From NCBI GenBank assembly GCA_011109175.1, contig RDEW01000015.1, forward strand, positions 328,310-392,309: 64,000 nt of DNA. The letters run 5' to 3'. The stretch's first letter is position 1. Each line of letters begins with the position of its first letter. The position numbers and the translations under genes are program-made. The notes under the pieces are model-generated. The model did no database searches. It saw nothing but the letters and a program-made list of their open reading frames with translations, and was not told where the DNA came from. Positions 26,657 through 40,427 of this stretch are shown in pieces. The stretch is from Dicyema japonicum (Eukaryota > Animalia > Dicyemida).

Positions 26657-28357
26657 TTAATTATTATAATTAGAAGCCGTGGTTTTTCCCGCCCTGTCCA
26701 GTCCAATCACAATGTTCAGCCACTCCTGGGCGACTCTTCAACTCATACGTGTGGGCACCAAAGAAATCCCTCATTGCCTGAATCAGATTAGCAGGCAAAG
26801 AAGCGCTCCGATAACCGTCATAGAAAGCAAGAGAAGCTGAAAAAACAGGGGACAGGGATTCCTCGTTGTATAGGCCAAGCTGACGACGTTCCTCCATCCC
26901 TTTTGGCACCTCGCCAATTCCTTAGTAAAAAAATCATCCAGCATCAAATTCTTGAGGTCCCCATTGGCTGTATAAGCCTTAGAAATTTGATACAACAAAG
27001 AACTGCAAAAAGTGACCCAGAAATACCTCTTGATAATACAACCAGACCTCCAAATTCGAGAAATCGCAGCAATGTCAAACTGAGACCCAAAGTCCTCCTC
27101 AGCTGTCCTCAACATCATCAATCCTTGTGCATAACAGACTATTTTACTCGCATAAAGCGCCTAAAGCATGTAAAATCCTCCCAATTCCAAACCTCTTTAA
27201 TTGACTCGATAAAGACTGACTTGTCCACAGTTGAAGGACCCCCCACCAGCTGTTCCTCCAAAACATCGCTTGCAAATGCTCGTTCTTCAACGAGCGAAGA
27301 CAAAAACCGTGAAAATACCGCCTCAGCTAAAATGTAACGGAATTGTCTACCAATAATCGTGGCTGGCTGTCCATATTCCAGCATGTGGTGAACCGTCCAC
27401 TTTCCGGTCCCCTTCTAACGGATAGTGATCACGGAATACCTGGCCAGCTCTGTCAAGAATCTTCGGAAGCAGTGGAGTCCCATCGGCACTGTTGTAGGCC
27501 AATATTTTAGCCGTAATTTCTATCAAATACGATGACAATTCCCCCTGATTCCACCGAGAAAAAATCTAAGAATCACGGAAAACGTTAACCTGGCTCATTT
27601 CTGAGTAGGAGAGCTTCAAGACTCTCAACATAATGTCGAATGCCTCACAAATTATCTAAATTGCGGATTTACAGGTATACCTGCATATCAGCGTACTCAA
27701 TTCCGTTATGAATCATTTGACGTAGTGGCCACTCCCATTTGGGCCAATCCAGCAACAACAGGGATCCCCGTCAGTGGCCTTCGCGGCAATAGCAGTCAGG
27801 AAGGGCTTTATCCGAGGCCTATAGTCAGGAAATTTACTACCATGCTTTTTGACTGCCACCAGGCATGAGTGAAGGTCCATATCTGGCGCCAATTTCACCC
27901 CCACTGACTCCACAACCGACGTAGAGAAAACCGAGTCCTTCTAACTCCTTGCATCTCCTCTAAATGGGTTCAGATAGAAGCCCAAACATTTGTGTCTGTG
28001 AACTCTGAGTTCCCACCGTCGATAATAATATCTCCGGGATTCAACAGAGGGCGCAATTTGGCGATAAATTCGTCGACTGGTTTTCCCGCCTTAACAAGAA
28101 GGATGACAACTCTTGGCTTCTTCAGCTTGGAGACAAACTCCTCCAGAGTGTCTGATCCAATCACGTTTGTATTTAAGGCTTCATTTGCGAGGAACCGATG
28201 AGTTGTGCTGACTGTGCGATTGAACACGGAAACTACGAATCCATTGTCATTGAGGTTGAGCACGAGGTTCTGACCCATAACCGCCAGACCAATGAGTCCG
28301 AGATCAGCCCTATAATTTTTCATATTTTAGGTAATACACTTCATTTTCCTGAGTCAT
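26657..28357 (-). CDS. PGD: 6-phosphogluconate dehydrogenase, decarboxylating
   Basis: [47 protein letters not shown] and [13 protein letters not shown]; nine GT-AG introns of 22-32 nt; three +1 homopolymer indels near the 3' end. Confidence 0.95.
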
Positions 28358-28508
28358 TGTTACAATCAATTTTTATTTATTGAAAATTAAATTTATTGTT
28401 AACGTTTAATTAAAATTAAATTTTATTCAAGTTCTCAAAAATAAACTCATTCAACGATTTTAGTAAAAATTATTTTTTAGGGTTTTTAATGAATTTTAAA
28501 ATAAAAAT

Positions 28509-28830
28509 GATTTATTTTTAGATTCTACGGCCTCATGGTGTCATGTGGTACCATGTGGCTACATGATTGAAGATTTATCTTCCTTCCCTCTGATGGTTTC
28601 ATTGGATTCATCTTACTCAGGAAACGCTCAATGCCTGGCCGACATTCAAAGGGATCAATTTATTTACCGGAGAAATTTTTGTTCCCTGAAGACGAGTTCT
28701 GGAATCGACCTCAGCTTCCCTGAAAACGTCTTCTGGATCACTGTGCTTGAATAAGAATCTGCTATAACGCAGTAGGATTAAGAAATTAGTTAGTTTGGTT
28801 TTACCCGTGGTCTTTGGAATAATTTAATTT
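28509..28830 (+). mobile_element. SINE-like family A copy (long subfamily)
   Basis: Non-coding repeat homologous to 37205-37430 and 17035-17755; LINE-like tail TTAGTTAG..GGAATAAT. Confidence 0.7.
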
Positions 28831-28986
28831 ATTTGAACAGTTATTGAAATTTGTATGTCGATATATTTTATTGGAATCAATTGTCTACGGATCAGATAGC
28901 CTACACTTTTTCAGTATAGTGAAAATCGCTACAAAAGGTGGTAACTATTTTTGTTTTCTTTTGTTCATTCTTTAAGAATGAAAAAA

Positions 28987-31605
28987 ATGTCATGTGAATT
29001 TGGAAGAAAAGAACTACACTTTCCCAAGGGTGGACCAATAAGAAAGGCCTGCGCCGCTGCGAAGACATTGAGGCAAACCCTGGACCAGCCAGAATAGTCC
29101 AACTCAACATAAATGGAATCAAGAACAATATACTCGAACTTCGGACATTTGTGAAAGATATTTTGCTAATCCAAGAGTCTAAACTTTCTCCAAAGAATTC
29201 AACATTAGTATTTCTGGGAATCACGGTAATTCGCCGTGATAGAATTGGCAAACTTGGTGGGGGCCTCACAGTAATTCGCAACGGCATTCAGTTTGAGGAT
29301 ATAACCAACAGTGTCTACAGTATGCTTAAAGGACATGGAAATCTCGAACTTGTGGCCACCAAAGTACGATTCCCAAGACTATCAATAATATTGGTCAACG
29401 CGAATCTCCCACCGTTGAGTTCCTGCTCTTCCAGTGCTCCCAGATTGACCGACATAACGATAAACCTTCTTCTATCGACATCTCACTGTCATAACCGTCC
29501 TTGGCCCCTTTTATTGACTGGTCAGTGAAATATGTCACCAGGAGTGACCATAATCCAATATTTTTGAAGGTCAAAACGAGGTCACGGATATAAAACAATA
29601 TCCAACGATAACTAATTACAGCCTTGCAAATTGGAGAGGATTTAAAGATTACGTCGATAATTGCATTGGACTACTAAATTTCCCCACTCCTCTCTCCGTC
29701 GAACAATTAGTGAAATGGTTCAACTCCACCATAAACGCGGCGAAAAAAAGTACATTCCTATGGGGAGACAACCTACGTCATCAAAACATTTCAACACAAC
29801 GACGAAACATCTGATCAGAGAACGAAATAATCTAAAAATGGTAAAATCGCCAACAGAAGAGAACATCATGAACATACGAGAATTGAACAGAGAGATCGAC
29901 AAGAACATAAAGAGAGAAAATGCAAATAATGGAAAAGACTATCAAAGGCTCTCTGCAAGAACCCCCAATGCAGAAGAGTATGGAAGTGGATCAAGAACAT
30001 CAAAAGATCTCCCTAGAGAAAAAAGTAGAAGTCTACATAAAACCAGACACTCTGATAAAATATTATATGTCTATCTCCTACAAGAAGTTTTTAAAAGAAT
30101 ACCAAGTATTCCTGAAAAAGATTGAACCGAAACGCACCGATGACTGGATCATATTTACCAGCCAGGATGTTCGCAGAACCATATACAAAGCCAAAAACTC
30201 AGAGGTTAAAGGACCAGACAGCATAACCACATGTGATCTGAAGCACCTAGGCCATCGAGTCCTTGAGCAATTAGCCTATATATTCAACCTATCCATTAAC
30301 ACAAATACAATCCCTGAAATATGGAAGAAGTCCATAATCAAACCTTTTCGAAAACCCAACAAACCAATAAATGAACTATTTTCCTACCGCCTAATATCTA
30401 TTCTGAGTCCGGTCTTAAGGATCCTTGAAAGGCTTGTTCTGGAAAAAGTACAAGACTCAATCTCAATACCTTCGACCCAGCACGGATTCCGGGAACCATT
30501 TGACACAACGCACCTCACAACACTCACACAATTTATTGCGGAAGGATTTAACTCCCCTAAACCCCATCAGAGGACAGTACTTATATCCATGGACATCACA
30601 AAAGCGTTCGATTCAGTCTCCAGGAAACTCTTAAAAATGAAGATATTGAAACCAACATCCACCCGAACCTGAAACTTTGGCTTTGAAACTTCTTAAATGG
30701 ACGACAATCACAAGTACTCTGCAACAGCATCAAATCAAGATCTCGTTACTTCCCAAATGGAGTCCCTCAAGGCTCCCCACTATCACCCAACTCTTCAATC
30801 TTTACATAAACGACATGCCACAAACCTGTAATGAAAACTGCCTAATCCTCTCCTATACCGACGATATCATTCTTGCCTCCAAGGACAGAAGCATTCAATC
30901 AGCGACTCATCCGCTCAACAAATGCTTGACAAACTGGAACTATGGCTCTCGAATCGGAGACTTGACACATCAGCAACAAAGTCCTCTGTCACGCTGTTTA
31001 CCACTTACAAAAGACAGCTCTGTATCGAACCAAAAATCTTTATGAAGAACGAGGCTATTCCTATTAACAAAACACCGAAGATTCTGGTAGTCACCTTTGA
31101 TCAGGGACTCACCTTTATCCGACATGTTGAGAATAAAATAACTTCTGCTTTGAAGAAAATGAAAATTTTAAAAGTGCTCTCAAAAACACTTAGAGACCAA
31201 ACTGGTGGCTTTGCCACGATTTATGAACAATTTATCCGACCAACGATGACGTATGCAAGTCCTTCATGGGCAATGCAGATTTCACGATCCTCCTCATTGA
31301 TACTATCCGCAATCGAGGAGACTGTAATAGGTTAATCGGACCAAAACACAAAATCTAGCCCTTTGAAAATTTCTTAATCGAATTACAACGAAAAATCTTA
31401 AAGGAGGCTATTTTACCTAGCTGCCCTCTATTTTATTCAGTATCGAAATATCTACAATCATACAAAAATTTTGAGCCGATGCCATGTCCAATGAAAAGAA
31501 CTTTTCACGATTCTCGACCCCGCCGGACTCGTCCTCTCCTTTGTCAGTCTGGGATCACTTAGTTAGATGAGAACTTTTCTTTCTTTTTGACCCAGTGATC
31601 TTTGA
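28987..31605 (+). mobile_element. Near-full-length APE-RT LINE (family C, Jockey/I-like) with 2A-like leader
   Basis: DIEANPGP, then IVQLNINGI, LLIQES, SDHNP, RT motifs SMDITKAFDSV, PQG and SYTDDI, and a GIT* end; frameshifted. Confidence 0.9.
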
Positions 31606-31861
31606 CTCCCAATGTTGACAGTCAGTCTGAAAGATCTTATTATTTATCCTCAAGTTGTGTGAAAATGTCACGTGGTTCACCTTCAAGTGGTAACGTTGGG
31701 ACATTTCACTAATGAAATAACAGAGAATCTTTCCTCCTTATTCAATGATGATTGACCAAAAAGTTGGATTTGTGTGATATTATAATTAATAATAGTGATA
31801 TTTAAAAACCTTGAATTTACCAAAAAATTTGAAATTTGTTTTTTCCATGGAAATATAAAAA

Positions 31862-34800
31862 ATGGACCAAGTAGAACAAAACATACTAACAGGCACAAGC
31901 GTCAACCCAGAAAATGCACAAATTGGGGGAAATAGATCGATTGAAATATTTATATGCTGTAACAATTTGGGTTTGATCTAAACTAATGCTCAGAATTTGA
32001 AAATGAGATCAATGTCCTCAATAGAGAGGTAGCCCCACAAATAAGGAATATTTGTATGGAAAGATTTGGAGTTGAATTTAGAGTTTTGCTAATTTTATCA
32101 TTTCAGTTACTCGATTTGCACTTTCTGAGTGATTTGATGGCAAAAAGCATGATTTCGAAGGTTGAAATGGAAAAAATTAGAATTTTTGAACTCGCCAGAT
32201 GCCTTTCGGGAATGGGAACCCCAAAAGTCCTTGTATTTGGAATTCTTTACCGGATAGATAATGATAGGTCACAGATACGGGGAGTTCTCGATTCCTCTCT
32301 CCTTTTCTGTGGACGAATTCGAAACGATTAAAGCGAGTCTCGAAAAGCAGATTTTTTTCTCGTCAAAGTGGCTGCCTGTGATTGAAAACGTCTACCAACT
32401 GAATGATAATTATGTTCCCCCTAATTATATTTTGGACGAAAGAAAGCTGGCCTTGCTTGACGAGGACCTGAAAAACGTGATAAAATTTGATATTTCAGAA
32501 ACCCGAATTTATCGGAAATCACCGGCAAACTGATGGCAGAAATCTAGTTTGGAATATTTTATACAAATCTTTGCAAAATTTTGGGGAAAATGAAATCAAC
32601 GAGGATTTCAAACTGCAGAACATTTTATCAGGTAACTTTGTGGTAAAATTGCGGAATTCGGAAAAGAAATCTGTGCCTCTATTTTTGCCAGCAGTAAACG
32701 GAAAACTGACCGCGACGGAGAAATTTTACTTTTTTATCGCAATTTGGTTGACTATCGATACCACGTGTCTCTCCCAGGGGCAGAAAAGCACATGGAAGTA
32801 CTAATCCCTTATTAGGCAGGTTTATTCCACAAAAAGCGACGAACGTTTTCTCGACACCTTTAAGGAGGAGTTGTTGGACCAAATCAACGAAAAATGGACT
32901 CGGCCTAATATTTCCCCAGACTATCAGTTCGAAATGGAAACTTTGTGGAGAGGAAGCAACGGGATAAATCCCCAAACCGAGGTACCTGGTATTTCTCAAA
33001 TTCAGATGCATCAAAAATATTTGCTGGATTTTAAAAATTTATTCCTCAAGAAATTCGGTTCCATCTTTGACTCTCTAAGTCCGGGGGATTTTTCTCCTAA
33101 ACAACTTTTGGTGGACGAAATTAAAGCGACCATCGACTTTTGCTTCAACGAGGAGAAAAACTTTAGTGACTGCAGCAGGAATTTGGAGTTTATTAGAAAT
33201 TACATTTACGCCCAAGACAACCAGCCTTTGATTGTTCACGGAAAACACGGATGCGGAAAAACGGCTTTTTTAGCATCGGCTTGCGCTCATATCATTCAAA
33301 CCAACGACTTTTCCGTAATTCCCGTTTTCTGCGGAATCACACGTGGCGGATTGAATCCAGAAATTTTGTTGAATAGAATCGGCCAGCAGATCTCGATAAT
33401 CGAAGATAATAACTACGAGTTGTGCAATATATTTGGGGATTGTCCCCCGCATCCTCAGCTTACTAAAAAATACGTGATATTTCTCGATTCCGTAGATTGT
33501 ATGATCGACGACGAGTCCTTCTCGAAAGTATTGTTGGGGGTAACATCTTCAGTGGCTTAGATCTATGTTTCTTGCAAACATTAAAGTCATAATTTCAGTG
33601 AACGAATCAAGGTTGCCTAAACTCACAGAAATTTTTGGAATTTCAGTAACAAACGACCTCTGCTTGGACGAAATGACGATGGATGACTCCTTTGACTTCA
33701 TTTCCAGCACTTGGAAGAAGTCCAGCGTTGTTTTAACCGAAAGTCAGTCCAGAACACTGAAAAAACAGCTAGAATCGACAGAAAGGACACCTCTTTTACT
33801 GAGGTTGCGTGAATACTTAAAAAAGTCTTGTTTGTCAAGAATATTTGATGTCCGGTATTTCAGATGATCAGATAGCCCTCCCCGAATCCACGGAGACTAT
33901 GATAAATGACCGTCTACAAAAATTAGAGGATCGATTCGGTCGACTTACGATTTCTACGATAATTTTAAACTTGTTATCCGTGACTATTGGATTGAGTAAC
34001 GCGGAGATGGAAGATTTGTTGTCATTATCAGACGAGGTTATCCACTCAATGTGACAATTTAGGTCCTCGACGAACTCTATGGAGATGTAAAGCCCACAGT
34101 GAGACGATTTCCCTCAATTCTGTGGAGTGCGATTCGTCTGTCCCTTGAAAAGTTTCTGGTTTCCTTTAACAGCCTAAATGTGGCTGTAAACCGAATAAAA
34201 CACGAAATCATAACTCTTGTATGCAGGAAGAGGTGAAGCATTCCTGACTTTTAGGTATTCAAAAAACGAAAATCTCTTAAAATCTGTTTATGAAAATCTT
34301 GGCGAGTATTTTTCTGGGTTTGGCTCTCCTGATAACTCAGAGGGGGACAAAAATAAACGAGACCGATTCATTTCACAGCAGAATTTCGCGAACCCCTCGA
34401 ATAAACCGTTTTTAAATTGGCGGAGAAACGAAGAGCTTCCAATGCTCTGAAAAACGCCAACAGATTTGCTGACTTGGAAAGACTGGTTTCATTCAATTTT
34501 GATTGGTTCACTTCCAAACTAATGACGGCGCCGTCCTCTCACTTGCTTGGAGACATCCGACTCTGTGAGCTTGCGGAATGTGACTTGCTGTGCAATGCGG
34601 TGCTGAAAAGCTACAAGGAAACCAAAGGAAACTTTAATTATTTCAGGAACGAATTGATCAGCAAATTACTCCCATTTATTTCAGAATCCGGCAGAATCAG
34701 AAAAATAATCAATTTTATCGACCAAATTGAGATGAACTTTGGATTAGTCCCGCTTTTCAGTCATTCCTGTGAGCAGGACAATTATTTGAACAAAATTATC

Positions 34801-37156
34801 GACACTGAAATTGTCCCACAAAAGCTGTCAATCAACCCGAAAGAGTAAATCTCAATATTTTAGCAAATTAGAATTATGATTAAAGCCACCAACTCCCCGG
34901 ATATTATTCTTCACGGAATTGAATCCGGAAAAACGGAGAAGATCACCACAGCAAGAGGAAACTTTTACGCCACCAAGGACGGAGAAAGAATCCTTATCTT
35001 CGACAAGACAATCGGGAATGCAATCAGCGTATTCAATCGGAATGGCATATTCCTTGGCTTTTTGATCCCCTCAAAGTATATTATCCCAAAACTTCAAAAG
35101 CACGTGTTAGAAATAGTAAACGGAATTTTGTATCTTAGATGTTTGTAGGAGACAATCTAGCCATCATCCAAGTGATCGGAAAGGACAATTTTCTGGCAGT
35201 CGCGGACGTAACGGAATGCAAATTCTTGCGAATAATCCCAATCTCTATAAAGCTGAACAAATGCTACTTGGTCGACGAAAACTTTATTTGCGGATGTTCT
35301 GAAAACAGTTTGGCTAAGATTTCACTAAACCAACTCGCTGTCGTTTACTTGGAGACTGATTATATGATAAAATACTCATATTTCTCAGAAGACGGGAAAT
35401 ACCTACTGGTCTTGTCCTCAGACGAGAGTTTTGTGGATTTAGCCTCACTTGAGGACCTCGCTTTCGTCAATAGAATCAATTTATCCCAGTTTTCGTACAT
35501 TTTAGAGATCTCTTTGACCAAAGAGAACAAATATCTCATTTTAACGACACCGAAAAAACTCCACGTGATTTGCCAGCAATCCGGAGAATTCATCTATCAA
35601 ATTGAAGTCCCAAAAAACTTGCCCCAGCGATTTACTTTCCCTGACTTGAACGAAGTGTCCCTTGCCATAAGTAATCTGACTTTGCTCGCTGATTCGGAGT
35701 TATTTGCGTTTTCTTACTTTTGCTACGTGTTTGTCGTCCACACAGCCTCCGGGAAGATTATGCACAAACTCAGATGCCCCCTGGGACAAATAACAGATAT
35801 TTATAAAATCGAAGATTACAAACTGGCCATTAAACTGAAGAATCAAAGGTTTTTAGTTTTGTTCGACCTCAATTCCCTTGGAAAACCCTTCAAACTGACT
35901 CCTCAGCTGTACGAACCAGTTAAAAACATAAAAGTGATTATTCCCCCGTATTTTAGATATTCGGTAACAAGGCCGTCGTTAGTTGGGAGAACGGAAAAGT
36001 TTTGGGGGTGTTGTCCAAGTGTAGCGGAAAATATAGCAATATTTTGAGTCACCCGGAAATAGTTGAGGAATACGTTCTTTCCGTGAATGAGGATATTTTA
36101 TTCGTCTCCACCAAATCACGGAAAATTTATATATGGACTCTCACAACTGGAAGTGTCATAAAGGAGTTCACGAGCTATGAGGGATCTCTTGTGGCGGCCA
36201 ACAGTCAAAATTGTGTCATAATGATCGACAAACACCCCGAAGATGAGTGCTACAGCATTTGGAATTTTACTTACAAAAATGGAGAGTTCAACAGCACTAA
36301 GACGAACACTTCACTTCAGGAACTTGGCACGTGTCCTCTAATTTGTTGTAATGACAATTATTTGGTGTTCACACTCCCTGTTAAGGAAAATGGTAACATT
36401 ATCAGCATTTATGATCTGAAAACAGAAAAATGGTCTACATTGAGTCTTACAGACTTTCATTTGAATTATTCTGATGGTCTTTCCGTTGAATGCCGGGAGT
36501 ACAGGGAAGATGGCGTGATATTAATTCACGGAATTTATCAATCATCTGGCAAAATCATATTTTACGATGTTTTTAAGGATTCAGTTATTTCTTGTGTTGA
36601 GCACGTGGACCCAATTGATTTTGAAAAAAGTTTTGTTGACCTGGAAAATTCGCTATTTGTCACTGAAAACTCAAAAATTCTACTTTCTGACGGAAGCACT
36701 GCCTTTGAAGAGTTCGGCGCTCATTTTGTGGGATTTTCCGAAAATAGGGGGACTGTTGTATTCTTCAGTGAATGTGAGATATTTTCGATTTCAACCTGCG
36801 ACTGGAAAAAAGAAGGGAAAGTCAAATTGGGGGTCGAAATCAAATATGCGACAATTAGTAGGGACGACTGTGTTTTATTTGGATTAAACAACGGAAATGT
36901 TGGTTGCCTAAAAATTGTGGACTTTCAAAATAACGAGTTGAAGCGTTCACTGTCAGTAGAAAGTGTCCCCCTTCAATATAATGCGATTTTACACGAAGTT
37001 CCGTCAACCAGCAGCGAATACGATACTTTGTTGCAGAAACTGTCCTTTCAGGGTAAAAGAAAGCCTGTTGATGAAAATGTCAGAATGAATAAGGAAAATT
37101 TGGAAAAACTTACTAATATAGCAATCAGAATTAATTCGTTAAAAATTAATTCTTAA
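31862..37156 (+). CDS. NACHT and WD-repeat protein, NWD1/NWD2-like
   Basis: N-terminal block similar to NWD1/2 (ERFGVEFRLLDL, IGHRYG), Walker A GKHGCGKT, Walker B IFLDSVD, GLSNAEMEDLLSLSDEVL, FNFDWF, and a beta-propeller-like C-terminus; about 14 introns of 22-27 nt; one 1-nt deletion near 34440. Confidence 0.85.
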
Positions 37157-37204
37157 ATTTAACAGAATAAAAGTGTAATACAATTTCTCTCCACAAATAG
37201 TCAA

Positions 37205-37430
37205 TTCATGTTGTGTGGTACTTGATTGAAGATTTAACTTCCTTGCCTCTGATGGTGTCATTGGATTCATCTTACTCAGGAGACGCCCAATGCCTAGACG
37301 GCATTCAAAATGATCAATTTATTTGTTCCAGTGGGAGAAATTTTTTCTCCCTGGGGCCGAGTTCTGGTATCGACCTCAGCTTCCCGGACAATGTCTTCTG
37401 GATCACTGTGCTTGAGCTAGGGTTCTGATA
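37205..37430 (+). mobile_element. SINE-like family A copy lacking the tail
   Basis: High similarity to 28530-28755. Confidence 0.7.
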
Positions 37431-37439
37431 GAACTTTCC

Positions 37440-38100
37440 TCGACAGTGGCAGTCACAAAATAAAAGTTACTATCTCCGTAATCTCAGGGCACTTTCCAAA
37501 TCCTCAAGTGCATATGGGTAATTAATTGAGTACCTGTTTTATGACAAGAAATTCCAAGAACTAACTGATCTTTTCATAGAACTTGAAACTAATGTAGAAT
37601 TTTAGCAACTATTGACCGGAAATCTACGATCTCCATAAATTCGTCTCCACGGTTTGTTCCATAAGGGCAACATTAGCGATGGTCACCTGCTCGTGAAGAA
37701 AATTGCCTGTAGCGAACAGATCCAACCTCACTCTTCACAATCTTGATACTGTAACCTGAATACCCAGATCAAATGAAGAGATAATAATATCATCTGCATA
37801 AGTTAATATAATGCTGTCTTAGATTTCCGGAATAAGAAGATTGTTTGTAGGGATGTGGGACGCCATTCAGAAGAAATCGTGATACCGATCTTAAATCTCC
37901 AAAACAAACACACTTTAAAATGTTTTAGATCGATTTTCATTATTGAGGGCAAAGTTGTTTGTGGCTTCCTTCTAAAAGCCCCTGACAAGAAGTATGATTC
38001 TATAATATCGTATGCAGGAACGGCATGATTCATCCGTAATATGTGTCCAAATAATCCGCATAGGGTGTTAGTAATAATTGTATCCAAGTGTTTCCATCTA
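37440..38100 (-). mobile_element. RTE-like LINE C-terminal relic
   Basis: LFGHILRM..PAYDIIESYF..FRRKPQTTLPS motif. Confidence 0.55.
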
Positions 38101-38322
38101 CATAGTGTGTATAAGTCTTGATTTTGATAAGTAAGATTACTCCAGGGTGTGTTTTAGACATACATGCAATTGGGACACGTCACCACCTCAGCCAAAAAGG
38201 CCTGAATTTGCATTAAATTTCGCTGGACAATCAAATGAAATTAATTTTGCAAAAAAAACTAAAGTAATTTATTAATAAAAATATTTTTTTAAATTCAAAT
38301 TTAGCACGATATTTTTGTTGAT

Positions 38323-39721
38323 ATGCGGCTCACTAGCTCATTTTTCACAAGTTCATTTCTAGTGCTAAGAAACATCGGTCGTCAGCCATTTTACAGTCGC
38401 ATACAAATATTTCGTCGGATAACAACAGAGAACCCGACTCCTCCAAAACCAGAGACTGGCTCAAATACGTGGAAACTATCTCTTGCCGTTCTTGGAATAA
38501 CCATTATATCTTGTGGGACGTGGTTTATTTCCTTAACCGGTTTTCTACTGATTATTTACTTAAAGGGGCGCCGAATGTGAACGAATCGGGCAATGAGGTT
38601 GTTTTATTACACTAACTTTTATGTCAAGATTGAGGATGAGTACACTAATAGTAGTATAAATATCTAATTTGTAGGAAACGTTGTTCTTGCTTATCTTCTA
38701 CGGTCATTCAATGCTGCTAGAGAATTCAAGAAGGTATTTTTATATAAAATATGCTAAAATAAATAATTATTACTTACTTTACTCGGAGCACCCTGATAAG
38801 GAAAATAACAACATAATAAGCGCTGCTAATTATCAGAAGTGCCCGCTCTTTATTTAAATATTTTACATGAATTAGTTAAAATAAAAAAATGTTTAATACA
38901 AATTCTAATTAATAAAAAATTGATTTTTAGAGCATTGAAGATCCAACAAGCACAAAGTTACTCCCAGATCCTCTTCGTCCGCCATATTATCAACCTCCCT
39001 ATACCCTGGTTATAGAGCTGACGGGAGTTCTGCTAAATCCTGAATGGACAGTGAGCCTTATTATCAAATAAATAGCTCAATACTGGCTGGAGATTCAAGA
39101 AACGTCCTGGTCTTGACTATTTCCTCCAGCAGGTTGCCCCTCCGTTGTTCGAAATTGTGATTTTCACACAAGAATCGGGAATGGTGGGGTTTTGTGTGTA
39201 TTTCAGACTGCCTTTCCTTTGGTCGACTCCATAGATCAGCAGCACTGTGTGATGTACAGACTCTTTAGGGATTCAACGCGGTATGTTAAGGGAAAGCATA
39301 TTAAGGTGGCTTTACTGACAAATTGTAGGACCTGAGCTGTCTGAACAGAGATCTTTCAAAAGTTATTTTGGTGGATTGGAACGAGGATGCGATAAATGGA
39401 CAAGACAGGAATAGCCTGAAGCTCGAGAAATGGAAGGGAGAGGACGACGATAAAATTTTGTTTGATTTGGCGGATTTCCTCAAAGGTTGTGATTTTGGTG
39501 AATTTCAGTGATCGCTGTAAGCAAAGATAAATGACGTTAGGGAAGTGATCGACTATTATCGTCAGTATGATGACCCTATTGCCACTTTTAGGGACAACCA
39601 GAGGCGGCTCAAGGTAAATTAGGTGATAACTACGATATAGGAGGAAACTGAACTGGCAGAGTTTGCAAATGACCGAAACAGAGCTTCGAAGTCACTTTTG
39701 TCGCGTTGGAACAGACGATGA
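38323..39721 (+). CDS. TIMM50: Mitochondrial import inner membrane translocase subunit Tim50
   Basis: Presequence, TM segment, [40 protein letters not shown] and [14 protein letters not shown]; eight introns of 23-31 nt plus one of 197 nt (38734-38930); one extra A near 39524. Confidence 0.93.
38784..38845 (+). ncRNA. Candidate intronic hairpin RNA
   Basis: CGG(A)GCAC/GTGCCCG and CTGATAA/TTATCAG stems inside the only long intron traced. Confidence 0.35.
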
Positions 39722-40427
39722 CGATTTGTTGCTGACTTGTGTGTCCCAAATTTATACTAGCAGTAAAAATCCTTAATTATTTCACATTATATTTCATTGA
39801 ATACCCTCCTCATAATTCATGATTCGAGATTGGCAGCCCAGGTGGGATTCGAATATGAACTCTGGCATATAATAGTAAATTCCCTAACAGTCTATTATTT
39901 TCGAATTACGTGCTCGGGTAAATAAATCATTAAGTACTATTCTGATATTTTATGGTCCCCCGATATATCGGGATCTTAGTTTATGAATGATACCAAAATA
40001 AACTTATTGGTAACACGTTGTATTGTAGTTTTTATGTGTAGCACTAAAATGAGTTGGGTAGAACGTACAAGAATGCAAATAGAGAAACGAACGCATTTAA
40101 ACAAACATACTTTGGTTCTAGAATTTTTCGAATCATTTAAGAATTCAGCAAGAAAATATTTTAGAAATCAAAATCCAACCTCTGAGAGATTGCTCATAAT
40201 TCTATTAAATTTTATGATTTTTAAGTCAAGTATTTTTAAATCACATAAATGTAGTAAGTTAACATTCAAAGTTTGAGATTGGATCCCTCAAATGAGTTAA
40301 AATACTTTTCCTCACTCCACATTAAAAATATAAAGCCATATTCCTTAACGAACCCCTTTTTAGCTCACATAAAATTTATGTATAAATACATTAATTTCAG
40401 TAAACAAAACACAATTATATAATAAAG

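Noticed and set aside
26903-27337. 144-aa plus-strand ORF and similar antisense ORFs in the track
   Set aside because: Shadows of PGD, EZH2, TRMT5 or LINE coding strands
39835-39870. tRNA T-arm-like sequence (TTCGAATCCC on the minus strand); similar scraps near 42690 and 47960
   Set aside because: No full cloverleaf; probably SINE or tRNA relics
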